Shown here piece by piece: positions 17,935 through 27,605 of a stretch of 64,000 bases of DNA (the stretch's first letter is position 1; the number at the start of each line of letters is the position of its first letter). The stretch lies in IMG/VR virus record IMGVR_UViG_3300025732_000017; one strand, written 5' to 3'. The position numbers and the translations under genes are program-made. The DNA comes from a virus. A model generated the notes under the pieces. The model saw only the letters and a program-made list of their open reading frames with translations. It was not told the DNA's origin and made no database searches.

Positions 17935-18908
17935 AAAAGCACAAGAAGATCATTGTATGGGGTGCAAAATATGAAACGGGACACACTCATGCATTTACAC
18001 ATGCAGCTTTTGTCAAAGGCGCACAATACCTAAATGAAGAAGTCTATTGGCTTGACGATACAGACAATGTTGATCCTTCATTCTTTGACGATTCGCTAAT
18101 CGTATCAGAACATTGGATAGCAACAACACACCCAAGAAGTCATCGTCTACCACTAAGAAAGTCATCAACATATGTGATGAATTACTTGGGCAACAAGAAA
18201 GGCACCGACAATCCGGGCGCTTCATATTATCTTGGTAGAGTTGGAAGAATCATAGATTTTAGATTTGCAAACAATTGGTCTGACAAATATTGGGAATACA
18301 AATACGAACCTGAAAAGTATATCCCAATAAATGATGGTGTTTCTCATCTAGAAAGAGGATCTGAATACGATAATTTCTATAGCATGTGGGCTACAGATCT
18401 CATGCCAAACGAGATCAATTTTGATGATTGCTTGACACCATGGAAAGAACCAAAGCACGTTTTCTTTTCTGGTACAATTCGTGAAGACAATCGTGATCAA
18501 TTTGAGCCATTTATTCGTGCATGTTCAGAAAATAAAATGAATTTTTACTTCAATGATGTGTGGCGTCAAGTTCTAACGATTGAATCCGTTAAGAGAGCAT
18601 CACTTGATGCGTTTCTTGCTCTTGAACTTCGTCCAAAGTTTCATGTTGATATTGGATACAAGTCATGTCGCGCATTCAAGGTCATTAGTTATGGGCAACT
18701 TGGCATGACAAACTCTCGCGCTGTTTATGATTTCTTTGATCAGGAAATTGCATTTCATGAAGATCCGTATCAGCTATTCCATGTAGCATCAGAGATGCGA
18801 AACAATCCAAAGACAAAAGATCTTGTTCTCAATCAAATGAAGAAGGTAAAAGAGAAGCATACATATGCTAGTAGGATGAAGGATATTATTACTGCTTGTG
18901 AAATGTGA
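17931..18908 (+). CDS. GT-B/CgeB-like glycosyltransferase
   Basis: C-terminal R.FK.ISYG....TN and KHTYASRM patterns; lies within the glyco island. Confidence 0.5.
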   Translation: MKKHKKIIVWGAKYETGHTHAFTHAAFVKGAQYLNEEVYWLDDTDNVDPSFFDDSLIVSEHWIATTHPRSHRLPLRKSSTYVMNYLGNKKGTDNPGASYYLGRVGRIIDFRFANNWSDKYWEYKYEPEKYIPINDGVSHLERGSEYDNFYSMWATDLMPNEINFDDCLTPWKEPKHVFFSGTIREDNRDQFEPFIRACSENKMNFYFNDVWRQVLTIESVKRASLDAFLALELRPKFHVDIGYKSCRAFKVISYGQLGMTNSRAVYDFFDQEIAFHEDPYQLFHVASEMRNNPKTKDLVLNQMKKVKEKHTYASRMKDIITACEM

Positions 18909-18916
18909 GGTTTATT

Positions 18917-19858
18917 ATGGGCACCATTCTGGTTACTGGCGGCGCTGGTTATATTGGTAGTATTTTCGTAGAACAATTATTGAAAATAGGCGGTCATAGA
19001 GTTTGTGTTCTTGACAATCTATATTACAATAATCAATCATCTCTAAATCACTTGATGCATGATCCATATTTGGAAGTCAGACGCGGAGATGTTCGCAAGC
19101 CAAGTGACATAGATCCACTGCTCAAGAAAGCAGACATTATCGTCCCACTTGCCGCTCTCGTTGGCGCACCAATATGCAATAGAGATCCAGTTGCAGCATC
19201 TTCCACAAATAAAGACGCAATATTTGAAATGCTGGACAAGATTAGTCCAGAACAAACTATCATCATGCCTACGACAAATAGTGCATATGGTTCTGGTGAC
19301 AAGGATAATTTTTGTACGGAAGAGTCGCCTCTGAATCCAATCTCACTTTATGCCAGAGACAAGGTTGAAGTAGAAAAGAGGTTGATGCAGCATAAGAATG
19401 CAATTAGCCTAAGGCTTGCTACCGTGTTTGGCATGTCGCCTCGTATGCGTCTTGATTTGCTTGTAAATGATTTCACATATCGTGCTGTGCATGATGGATT
19501 TGTCGTTCTATTTGAAAGTCACTTCAAGAGAAACTATATTCATGTTCGCGATGTATCAAATGCATTTATTCATTGCATGAATAACTTTGAAAAGATGAAT
19601 GGTCAAATCTACAATGTCGGTCTTTCAAATGCAAATATATCCAAACTTGAATTGTGCAAGATGATCAAGAGTCTTGTTCCAAAGTTTACTTTCATGGAAG
19701 CACCATATGGACAAGATCCAGATCAACGCAACTACATAGTATCAAACGCTAAGATTGAAGCAACTGGATTCAAGCCAGAATACTATCTACAGGATGGTCT
19801 TGTTGAATTGATCAAGGGCTATGAACTTATTCGTAATACTCGTCATGGAAATGTGTGA
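18917..19858 (+). CDS. NAD-dependent sugar epimerase/dehydratase (extended SDR)
   Basis: VTGGAGYIGS, LAALVG, YARDK (YxxxK), LRLATVFG. Confidence 0.88.
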   Translation: MGTILVTGGAGYIGSIFVEQLLKIGGHRVCVLDNLYYNNQSSLNHLMHDPYLEVRRGDVRKPSDIDPLLKKADIIVPLAALVGAPICNRDPVAASSTNKDAIFEMLDKISPEQTIIMPTTNSAYGSGDKDNFCTEESPLNPISLYARDKVEVEKRLMQHKNAISLRLATVFGMSPRMRLDLLVNDFTYRAVHDGFVVLFESHFKRNYIHVRDVSNAFIHCMNNFEKMNGQIYNVGLSNANISKLELCKMIKSLVPKFTFMEAPYGQDPDQRNYIVSNAKIEATGFKPEYYLQDGLVELIKGYELIRNTRHGNV

Positions 19859-20841
19859 TGATCATAATAAGAACTCCGTATAGAATTTCATTCTTTGGTG
19901 GCGGCACGGATTATCCTGCTTGGTATAGGGAGCATGGTGGCTGTGTCTTGTCCACCTCCATAAACAAGTGCAGTTTTCTTGTTCTTAGAAAGTTGCCGGA
20001 AATATTCGACTATAGATACAAGATTCGTTACTTTGCTGATGAAACAACAAAGTGCGTGGACGACATCCAGATACCAGTCATTCGCGAGGCAATCAAATAC
20101 ATGAATTTTGAAGACGGATTGGACATCACACATCATGGTGATCTTCCAAATCGCACAGGCATCGGATCAAGTTCAAGTTTTACTGTATCACTAATTCACG
20201 GATTGGCTACTCTCAAGAATGAACAAATTACCAAGAGAGATCTTGCTCGCAAGTCGATCTATCTGGAGCAAAATGTTCTTCGTGAAGCTGTTGGATCGCA
20301 AGATCAAGTTGCCGCTGCATTTGGCGGTTTCAATAGAATTGAATTTGGCGGATATACGGATTTTACTTGCTACTCGTTGCATCTCAAGAAGGATATTCTA
20401 CAGGAACTTGAGTCGTGGGTTCAATTATTCTTTACAGAGAAACTTCGCAATTCATTTGATATCGCCGAGAAGAAGATAACAAATATTAGTTCAAAAAAAG
20501 TTGATCTAAACATCATGAAGGACTTGACACATGAAGCAGAGCGTGTATTATATGAACATAGAATATATGACTTTGCAAATCTTCTCAATGATCAATGGAA
20601 ACTAAAGAAAAGCATGGAGTCATCAATCACAAACACCGAGATTGATGATATCTACGACAAAGGCATTCAGGCTGGTGCTGTAGGAGGAAAGTTGTTGGGT
20701 GCTGGTGGTGGTGGATTCATTCTATTCTTGACACCGCCACATATGCAAAAGAAAGTTGCTGAGAAGTTGAAACTCAGACAAGTACCATTGAACTTTGACT
20801 ATCTTGGAAGTCAATTGATTTATCACGATTATCAGAATTGA
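19858..20841 (+). CDS. hddA: GHMP sugar kinase, HddA-like (heptose-7-phosphate kinase)
   Basis: RTPYRISFFGGGTD, GIGSSSSF, GSQDQ, GGKLLGAGGGGF. Confidence 0.8.
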   Translation: MIIIRTPYRISFFGGGTDYPAWYREHGGCVLSTSINKCSFLVLRKLPEIFDYRYKIRYFADETTKCVDDIQIPVIREAIKYMNFEDGLDITHHGDLPNRTGIGSSSSFTVSLIHGLATLKNEQITKRDLARKSIYLEQNVLREAVGSQDQVAAAFGGFNRIEFGGYTDFTCYSLHLKKDILQELESWVQLFFTEKLRNSFDIAEKKITNISSKKVDLNIMKDLTHEAERVLYEHRIYDFANLLNDQWKLKKSMESSITNTEIDDIYDKGIQAGAVGGKLLGAGGGGFILFLTPPHMQKKVAEKLKLRQVPLNFDYLGSQLIYHDYQN

Positions 20842-20848
20842 GGTTATC

Positions 20849-21799
20849 ATGAAAAAGATTTATGTTGCTGGGCATAGCGGTCTCGTAGGGTCTGCTATTG
20901 TTAGAATGTTGCGTGAGCATGGTGAAACAAACATTGTCACACGCACATCAAAAGAACTTGACTTGACAAATCCTATTGCAGTTGAAGAATTCTTCACGCA
21001 AGAAAAGCCAGATGAAGTCTATCTTGCTGCTGCAAAAGTTGGTGGTATCGTAGCAAATAATACTTTTCCTGCGGACATGATTAACATCAATCTACGCATA
21101 CAAACGAATGTAATTGATACAGCATATCGTCATGGCGTGCAAAAGTTGTTGTTCTTGGGATCAACGTGCATCTATCCTCGCGAATGCCCACAACCGATCA
21201 AGGAAGAATATCTACTCACAGGTCATCTTGAAATTACAAATGATGCATATGCAATCGCAAAGATTGCAGGAATAAAGATGTGTCAAGCATATAATCGTCA
21301 ACATGGAACTGATTATCGTGCTGTAATGCCGAGCAATGTATACGGACCTGGCGATAATTTTCATCCAGAAAACAATCATCTCGCGGCTGGGCTAATGCGT
21401 AAGTTTCATGAAGCAAAGTTCAACGAAACAAAAGCGGTTTTATGGGGAACTGGAACACCTCGTCGCGAATTTCTATATTGCGATGATCTTGCTCGTGGAT
21501 GCATTCATGTATTGAATGCTCCAAAAGATGAGTTTGCAAAGACGGGTGGATTCGTCAATCTTGGTCCGGGATACGATCTAGAGATTCGCGATTTTGCTGA
21601 GATACTTGCAAAAGTCGTTGGATATAATGACGACTTCTTGTATGATTCATCTCGTCCTGACGGTACTATGCGTAAGCTGACGGACGTATCAAAAGCACAT
21701 GCACTTGGCTGGAGACCTCAGATTTCTCTTGAAGATGGACTAAGAAGAATGTATAATTGGTACGTTGATGGTCTCAAGAATGGAACAGTAAGAACATGA
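20849..21799 (+). CDS. fcl: GDP-L-fucose synthase family epimerase/reductase
   Basis: VAGHSGLVGSA, AAAKVGGI, LGSTCIYP, YAIAKIAG, WGTGTPRREF, PDGTMRK. Confidence 0.92.
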   Translation: MKKIYVAGHSGLVGSAIVRMLREHGETNIVTRTSKELDLTNPIAVEEFFTQEKPDEVYLAAAKVGGIVANNTFPADMININLRIQTNVIDTAYRHGVQKLLFLGSTCIYPRECPQPIKEEYLLTGHLEITNDAYAIAKIAGIKMCQAYNRQHGTDYRAVMPSNVYGPGDNFHPENNHLAAGLMRKFHEAKFNETKAVLWGTGTPRREFLYCDDLARGCIHVLNAPKDEFAKTGGFVNLGPGYDLEIRDFAEILAKVVGYNDDFLYDSSRPDGTMRKLTDVSKAHALGWRPQISLEDGLRRMYNWYVDGLKNGTVRT

Positions 21800-22767
21800 A
21801 GTATGTTGTGACTGGTGGAGCAGGTTATATCGGTAGTCATGTAGTTGATGAACTATTAAGACGTGGTCATGAAGTTGTGGCAATTGATAATCTATCCACT
21901 GGTCAAATGAGATTTATTGAGCATAATCTAGATAACAAGAACTTTACATTTGTTCGGGGTGATATCAATGGGAATCTTTCTTTTCTTGGCGATACTGACG
22001 CGGTATACCATTTTGCTGCGAATGCTGACATAAGAAAGGGGTTCAAGAATCCAAATCTTGACTTCAAGAACAACATTGAAGGAACAATGAATCTATTGCA
22101 ATCCATGAACTACCATGGAGTCAAGAGGATGATATTTGCATCAACTTCGGCAGTTCTTGGAGAAGTTGATAGAGAAAGATTGCCTGCTTCCGAGAGAGTT
22201 GCCATGCCAGAGCAAACCTCGTTGTATGGCGCATCAAAGTTGGCGGGTGAAGGTTTGATTTCTGCATTTTGCGAAGGCTTTGATTTTGAAGCATATGTAT
22301 TTCGTTTCGTGACTGTTCTTGGTCCAAGATATCCACACGGCTTTGCATTTGACTTCGTCAAGAAACTCTTGAATAATCCATATTATCTAGAAGTTCTTGG
22401 TGATGGCACAGGAATAAAGAGTTCCATTCATGTGTCAGATGTTGTTTCGGCCGTGACTATGATTGGTGAAGATATCAGACCAGCAAGAGACAAGAAGCGA
22501 CGATATGAAGTATTCAATATTGGTAATGATGTCACATATCGAGTCTCTGATGCAGCACAATGGGTTGCGAATGCGATGGGCGTGACTCCAGACATCGTAT
22601 ATGGAAATACGTTAAAGGGTTGGCCTGGTGATATTCCTTATATTCATCTGGATACATCAAAGATCAAATTGTATGGATGGAAGTCAAATTATACACCAAA
22701 GCAAGCCATACATGAAACTGTTGATTGGCTTCTTCACAATCGCTGGATATATGAGGTTCGTCAATGA
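21796..22767 (+). CDS. NAD-dependent epimerase/dehydratase (GalE-like SDR)
   Basis: VTGGAGYIGS, HFAANAD, FASTS, YGASKLAGE. Confidence 0.88.
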   Translation: MKYVVTGGAGYIGSHVVDELLRRGHEVVAIDNLSTGQMRFIEHNLDNKNFTFVRGDINGNLSFLGDTDAVYHFAANADIRKGFKNPNLDFKNNIEGTMNLLQSMNYHGVKRMIFASTSAVLGEVDRERLPASERVAMPEQTSLYGASKLAGEGLISAFCEGFDFEAYVFRFVTVLGPRYPHGFAFDFVKKLLNNPYYLEVLGDGTGIKSSIHVSDVVSAVTMIGEDIRPARDKKRRYEVFNIGNDVTYRVSDAAQWVANAMGVTPDIVYGNTLKGWPGDIPYIHLDTSKIKLYGWKSNYTPKQAIHETVDWLLHNRWIYEVRQ

Positions 22768-23204
22768 GCACGATTGTAATCGTGAGTGGCGGATTTGATC
22801 CGATTCACTCTGGTCATATCGAATACTTCAAGTCCGCAAGAATGTTTGGCATGAGATTGTATGTTGGTGTCAACTCTGATAATTGGTTAACACGCAAGAA
22901 GGGTAACTTCTTCATGCCATTTGAAGAGCGTTTGAAGATTGTTCAAAGCATACGATACGTTGATCAAGCAATGGGCTTCAATGACGACGACGATAGTGCT
23001 GCAAGTTTGATTAGAAACATACGCAGAGATAATCCTGATGCATTGCTAATCTTTGCCAATGGTGGTGATAGAATCGGCGGCACTCGTCAAAGTGAACTTG
23101 AAATGCAGGCGGCAGATGACAAGATTATATTTGCAGTCGGCGTCGGTGGAATCAAGAAGATAAATTCTTCTTCCGATATTCTCAAAAGATGGAAAACTTC
23201 ATGA
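22764..23204 (+). CDS. Cytidylyltransferase-family nucleotidyltransferase (RfaE/TagD-like)
   Basis: SGGFDPIHSGH (HxGH), VGVNSD.WL.RKKG, FANGGDR. Confidence 0.85.
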   Translation: MSTIVIVSGGFDPIHSGHIEYFKSARMFGMRLYVGVNSDNWLTRKKGNFFMPFEERLKIVQSIRYVDQAMGFNDDDDSAASLIRNIRRDNPDALLIFANGGDRIGGTRQSELEMQAADDKIIFAVGVGGIKKINSSSDILKRWKTS

Positions 23205-23938
23205 AAAAGGCAATAGTATTTGTTCCTACAGGAAATAATCCTGATACATTTGACGATAGATATGACAAGAATGCACATTGGCGATCAAAGCATTTAGAGA
23301 GAACATACGAGATAGTTGGATCTATTTACAAGGAGGGATTTATTCCAGATCCTAGTTCATACGATTATATCTATGATATTCGTGGTCACAAGTGGCAAAT
23401 GATTCGTGAAGTATTCAAGCAATTTGATTATTCAAAGTATGATTATGTTTGTTGTATTGATGACGATCAAATTACGGATGTATGGAATCTAAACAAAGGT
23501 CTTGAACTGGCTCGTCGTTTTGATTTTCGCATATGGCAATTGTCAATGGCAGAAGGGTCTGACCTATTTTATAATATCTTGAGACAAGATAAATCATGTG
23601 ATTTTTCTGAGACAAATTTTGTCGAGATTGGTGTTCCTTGTTTTCGTGTAGATGTCTTTGAAAAGATCCTTCGTGTTCTAGACAAATGGGATTTTACCAT
23701 AGGCTATGGTCTGGACAAGGCTTTTTGTGATATAGCACAAACAATGGCAAATGTTGTTCATTGTGCATCAATATATCATCCACCTCGTCATAGATATTAT
23801 GACAAGACAAATGCAATGAGAGAACATGATCAATTTCTGTATAGCGATTATCCGAGAATATGCAGAGAATTATTCAATCGTGAACCATTAGTGATAGATA
23901 GACAATATACGACAAACAAATATAAAATTGCGGAGTGA
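23201..23938 (+). CDS. DUF707-like putative glycosyltransferase
   Basis: YDYVCCIDDD, WQLSM..GS, TNFVEIGVPCF, GYGLD resemble the DUF707 pattern. Confidence 0.55.
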   Translation: MKKAIVFVPTGNNPDTFDDRYDKNAHWRSKHLERTYEIVGSIYKEGFIPDPSSYDYIYDIRGHKWQMIREVFKQFDYSKYDYVCCIDDDQITDVWNLNKGLELARRFDFRIWQLSMAEGSDLFYNILRQDKSCDFSETNFVEIGVPCFRVDVFEKILRVLDKWDFTIGYGLDKAFCDIAQTMANVVHCASIYHPPRHRYYDKTNAMREHDQFLYSDYPRICRELFNREPLVIDRQYTTNKYKIAE

Positions 23939-23943
23939 TAAAA

Positions 23944-24492
23944 ATGATTATTGATTTAGGTGCTGGTCCATGGCCAAAGGCTGATGCAACAGTATGTGTG
24001 GATGTCAACAAGTGGAGAGACAACTATATCATACACGATCTATCATCTTTACCGTATCCATTTGAATCAAATGTAGCAGATAAGATCTACTTTGGCGATG
24101 TGATTGAACATCTCTCAAAGTTCATTGTTGATGATGTTCTAAAAGAGATTCATCGTGTTCTAAAACCAGGAGGATTTCTAGAGATCACAACACCCGACAT
24201 TGAATGGGTTGCTGAGAGAATCTACAAGAAAGACTGGCATATCATGGCAAATGTAGATTGGCTCAACAAGAACAAGGATCCATTTGAAGATGCTATGGAA
24301 GTAATTTATGCTGGATGGCTTCATGAGACGGATCACAAGATTCCTGGCATGGGTCATATCAATGGTTTCAATCAAGAAAAATTGACAAAATATTTGACTC
24401 GTGCTGGATTCAAGAGTACAATGAGAGTTCCTGATATGAGAAATCCCGAACCTGCTCGTGGTTCTGTATTGAAGATGTTGGCCTATAAATGA
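23944..24492 (+). CDS. Class I SAM methyltransferase (type 11-like)
   Basis: IDLGAG, HDL...PYPF, DVIEHL, RVLKPGG.LEITTPD. Confidence 0.8.
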   Translation: MIIDLGAGPWPKADATVCVDVNKWRDNYIIHDLSSLPYPFESNVADKIYFGDVIEHLSKFIVDDVLKEIHRVLKPGGFLEITTPDIEWVAERIYKKDWHIMANVDWLNKNKDPFEDAMEVIYAGWLHETDHKIPGMGHINGFNQEKLTKYLTRAGFKSTMRVPDMRNPEPARGSVLKMLAYK

Positions 24493-25433
24493 GAAAACTT
24501 CTTGTTACTGGTGGTGCTGGATTTATTGGCATCAACTTCATAAAGCATATACTTGATGTTGACAAAGTTGACATTGTTGTTGCTGATAGATTCACATATG
24601 CAAGTAATCCAGAAGAACTCATCAATAATATGAAGATTGACACCCATTGCATGGACTTATCGGACGCGACATCTGTTGAAAGTCTATTCAAGATGCATGA
24701 GATTACCCATGTCGTGCATTTTGCCGCAGAGAGCCACGTTGATAGATCAATCAAGGACTGTCAACCTTTCATACAATCAAATATCATTGCAACAGTCAAT
24801 CTACTAAATGAAGCAATGAAATATAAAGTTCAAAAGTTCGTTCACATATCTACGGATGAAGTTTTTGGCGAAATTGCGATACCAGGTAAATTCAATGAAC
24901 TTTCAAATATATGTCCAAGAAATCCATACTCTGCTAGCAAGGCTTCAGCCGAACATTTTGTAGAAGCATATGGTAATACATATGGATTTCCATATACTAT
25001 AATCAATTCATCAAACAATTATGGTCCATGGCAGTATCCCGAAAAGTTTATTCCTCTAGCGATTAATCGTATTCTAAAAAAGCAAAAAGTTCCGGTATAT
25101 GGAACTGGTAGTCAGATTCGCGATTGGATCTTTGTCAAGGATGCAGCTGAAGCAATTCGTCGTGTACTTCATCATGGGAACACACATGATAGATATTGCA
25201 TCGGTGGCGAACAAGAAATAAGAAACATTGATCTTCTTCGCATGATAATTCAAAAAATGAACGTAGATGAAAATCTAATAGAGTACGTTACTGATCGTCC
25301 TGGGCATGATGCAAGATATGCCACATCAATACTCAAGATTAAAAGAGAGTTGAAGTGGGTGCCAGAGTACAATCTATCTGATGGATTGAATGAAACGATA
25401 GAGTGGATAAAGAAACATGAAAATAGGATTTAA
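24489..25433 (+). CDS. rfbB: dTDP-glucose 4,6-dehydratase
   Basis: TGGAGFIG, FAAESHVDRSI, HISTDEVFG, PYSASKA, DRPGHD.RY. Confidence 0.92.
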   Translation: MRKLLVTGGAGFIGINFIKHILDVDKVDIVVADRFTYASNPEELINNMKIDTHCMDLSDATSVESLFKMHEITHVVHFAAESHVDRSIKDCQPFIQSNIIATVNLLNEAMKYKVQKFVHISTDEVFGEIAIPGKFNELSNICPRNPYSASKASAEHFVEAYGNTYGFPYTIINSSNNYGPWQYPEKFIPLAINRILKKQKVPVYGTGSQIRDWIFVKDAAEAIRRVLHHGNTHDRYCIGGEQEIRNIDLLRMIIQKMNVDENLIEYVTDRPGHDARYATSILKIKRELKWVPEYNLSDGLNETIEWIKKHENRI

Positions 25434-25896
25434 TTGTAGTAGTTTTGATCTGCTTCATGCAGGTCATGTTACCATGCTAAAGATGGAAAAAGAATTGTGT
25501 GATTACTTGAAGGTCGCACTTCAGGTTGATCCTACAATTGATAGACCCGGAATAAAGAACAAACCAATTCAAAGCATCTATGAGAGATATGTTCAGCTTC
25601 AAGCATGTAAATATGTAGATGAGATATTGGTGTATGAAACTGAGTTTGATCTACTCCAGTTGTTAATGACACAGACAATTCATGTTCGTTTTCTTTCTGA
25701 TGAGTATTTGAATCGGGACTTCACAGGAAAACAGTGGTGTATTGACAACGGTATTGAATTGCATTATCATAAACGTCAGCACATTTATGGCTCATCCGAA
25801 TTGAGAAAACGCACATACGAAATGGAAAAGAAAAGACTTGATGAAGTCATCAAGAAAGAAATACCGCAACATCATCCGGAGTTGTTGAACACATGA
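25417..25896 (+). CDS. Glycerol-3-phosphate cytidylyltransferase-like (TagD family)
   Basis: SSFDLLHAGH, LQVDP, QSIYERYVQL, YVDEI.VYETE, SSELR. Confidence 0.85.
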   Translation: MKIGFNCSSFDLLHAGHVTMLKMEKELCDYLKVALQVDPTIDRPGIKNKPIQSIYERYVQLQACKYVDEILVYETEFDLLQLLMTQTIHVRFLSDEYLNRDFTGKQWCIDNGIELHYHKRQHIYGSSELRKRTYEMEKKRLDEVIKKEIPQHHPELLNT

Positions 25897-26675
25897 TTAC
25901 ATTGATTGGGCATGGTTATATTGGACAAGCAATATGGAAGAAACTAGAATTTCATAGTTACATTTCTTCATATTGGATCTCACACAAAGACAAGATTCCA
26001 AATGACACAAGAGTAATAATCAACGCAGCAGGGTATACAGGATCTCCGAATGTTGATGCTTGCGAACTATACAAGGAAGACACGATTGCAGGAAATGTAT
26101 TATGGCCAATTGAACTTGAAAGAAGAAGTCTGCACATTCCTGTAGTTCATATTTCAAGCGGATGCGTATATACAGGATATCAAAAAGACTTTACGGAAGA
26201 AGATGAGCCAAACTTCAATTTTGATAATGGTAGTTTCTATAGTGGATCAAAGGCTTTGGGGCAAAAACTTCTTGCGCCATACATGAACAAGTCATATCTT
26301 TTGAGAATTCGTATGCCATTTGATTCAGAAAAACATCCAAAGAACTTCTTGACCAAGTTGGAAAAATATGCGAAGTTGATAGATTTCCGCAATAGTCTAA
26401 GTCACGTTGATGATGTTGCTGATGTAGCATTATTTTTTGCTACAAATAAGCCAAAGCCGGGAATCTATAATGTCACAAATGGTGGTAGCAAGACGACAAA
26501 AGAAATTGCCGACATGATGGGATTAAACAAGAATTGGTTTACGGAAGATCAGTTTCGTGCTGCAGTTACGGCACCAAGATCAAACTGTGTTCTTGACAAT
26601 ACAAAACTAAAGAACATATTTCCAATCCGTGATATAGATGTCGCATTGAAGGATGCGATTGACAAATATCAATGA
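25893..26675 (+). CDS. NDP-4-keto-6-deoxyglucose 3,5-epimerase/4-reductase (RmlD/NRS-ER-like)
   Basis: INAAGYTGSPNVDACE, HISSGCVY, FYSGSK, LRIRMP. Confidence 0.75.
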   Translation: MITLIGHGYIGQAIWKKLEFHSYISSYWISHKDKIPNDTRVIINAAGYTGSPNVDACELYKEDTIAGNVLWPIELERRSLHIPVVHISSGCVYTGYQKDFTEEDEPNFNFDNGSFYSGSKALGQKLLAPYMNKSYLLRIRMPFDSEKHPKNFLTKLEKYAKLIDFRNSLSHVDDVADVALFFATNKPKPGIYNVTNGGSKTTKEIADMMGLNKNWFTEDQFRAAVTAPRSNCVLDNTKLKNIFPIRDIDVALKDAIDKYQ

Positions 26676-26929
26676 AAAAAACTGCAATTGTAGCATCCAG
26701 TTTCTCAGAAAACGGAAGCAAAAGTCTTGCAAAATTGTTGACAAAGAAGTATGGATGCACTATAATCAAGGAATCTACATATGATAAAGATCGTGGTATG
26801 TGGATGCTCACATACACAGATCCATTGTTGGAGATCGTAGATGAAATTCAAAGTTCTAAAAATGAACGCACTCGCAGAAGCACTAGACAAAGTAAAAATA
26901 AAAGACCCCGTCGCTCTTCCATGGAATGA
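26672..26929 (+). CDS. Hypothetical protein
   Basis: Coupled ATGA overlap with the upstream gene. The true 3' extent overlaps the next ORF. Confidence 0.4.
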   Translation: MKKTAIVASSFSENGSKSLAKLLTKKYGCTIIKESTYDKDRGMWMLTYTDPLLEIVDEIQSSKNERTRRSTRQSKNKRPRRSSME

Positions 26930-27605
26930 ATGGAAAAATTGGGAAGAAGAGCAAAAGAAAACTCGTCCAATAATGTACTTTTGTCAGCTCGTTGTTTGGC
27001 AAAAAATCAAGGACACTTGTGAGGATATTCAGCGCAAGTTCTGGCACGATCCAATCTATGCGATAAAGTATCGCACAACACACAAGTACAATGTACTTGA
27101 TACTGGACTAGAGCCAAGTTACTATGACCTGGATACTCGCATTCTTCATGGATTGTTTAATGAGTTGGTCAACTTCGTTGAATGCGAAAAGGCGTGGATG
27201 AACGTTGTGTGGGGCAAGGAACCCGGCAAGCGTGGTCTTTTTGAGAGATTTCGTTCACCTGAACTTGGAGTTCAATATCTTCAATGGGAAATTGACCTTG
27301 GGGGTGATGAAAACAAGGCTAATGCTGAGACAGCAAAGGAAACACTTGCACTCTACAAGTGGTGGAAAGAAGTATATCTAACTCGTCCCGACCCCATGGA
27401 CGCATCTGGTTGGTCCGCATATTATGACATGCGTCGTGAACAAGGTCATGATGTTCTCGATGATCATAATAATCGTTCCGAAGAAGATCAACAGAAAGAC
27501 AAAATGGCAATTCAAAGACTTCATGAAATAGAAGAAGCATATGCAAGAGAAGAAGAGGAGATGCTTATTCGCTTGATCAAGATTCGTAGATATTTGTGGA
27601 CATGA
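26862..27605 (+). CDS. Hypothetical phage protein (helical, Trp-rich)
   Basis: Long ORF with genome-typical codon use. No motif recognised. Confidence 0.65.
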   Translation: MNALAEALDKVKIKDPVALPWNEWKNWEEEQKKTRPIMYFCQLVVWQKIKDTCEDIQRKFWHDPIYAIKYRTTHKYNVLDTGLEPSYYDLDTRILHGLFNELVNFVECEKAWMNVVWGKEPGKRGLFERFRSPELGVQYLQWEIDLGGDENKANAETAKETLALYKWWKEVYLTRPDPMDASGWSAYYDMRREQGHDVLDDHNNRSEEDQQKDKMAIQRLHEIEEAYAREEEEMLIRLIKIRRYLWT

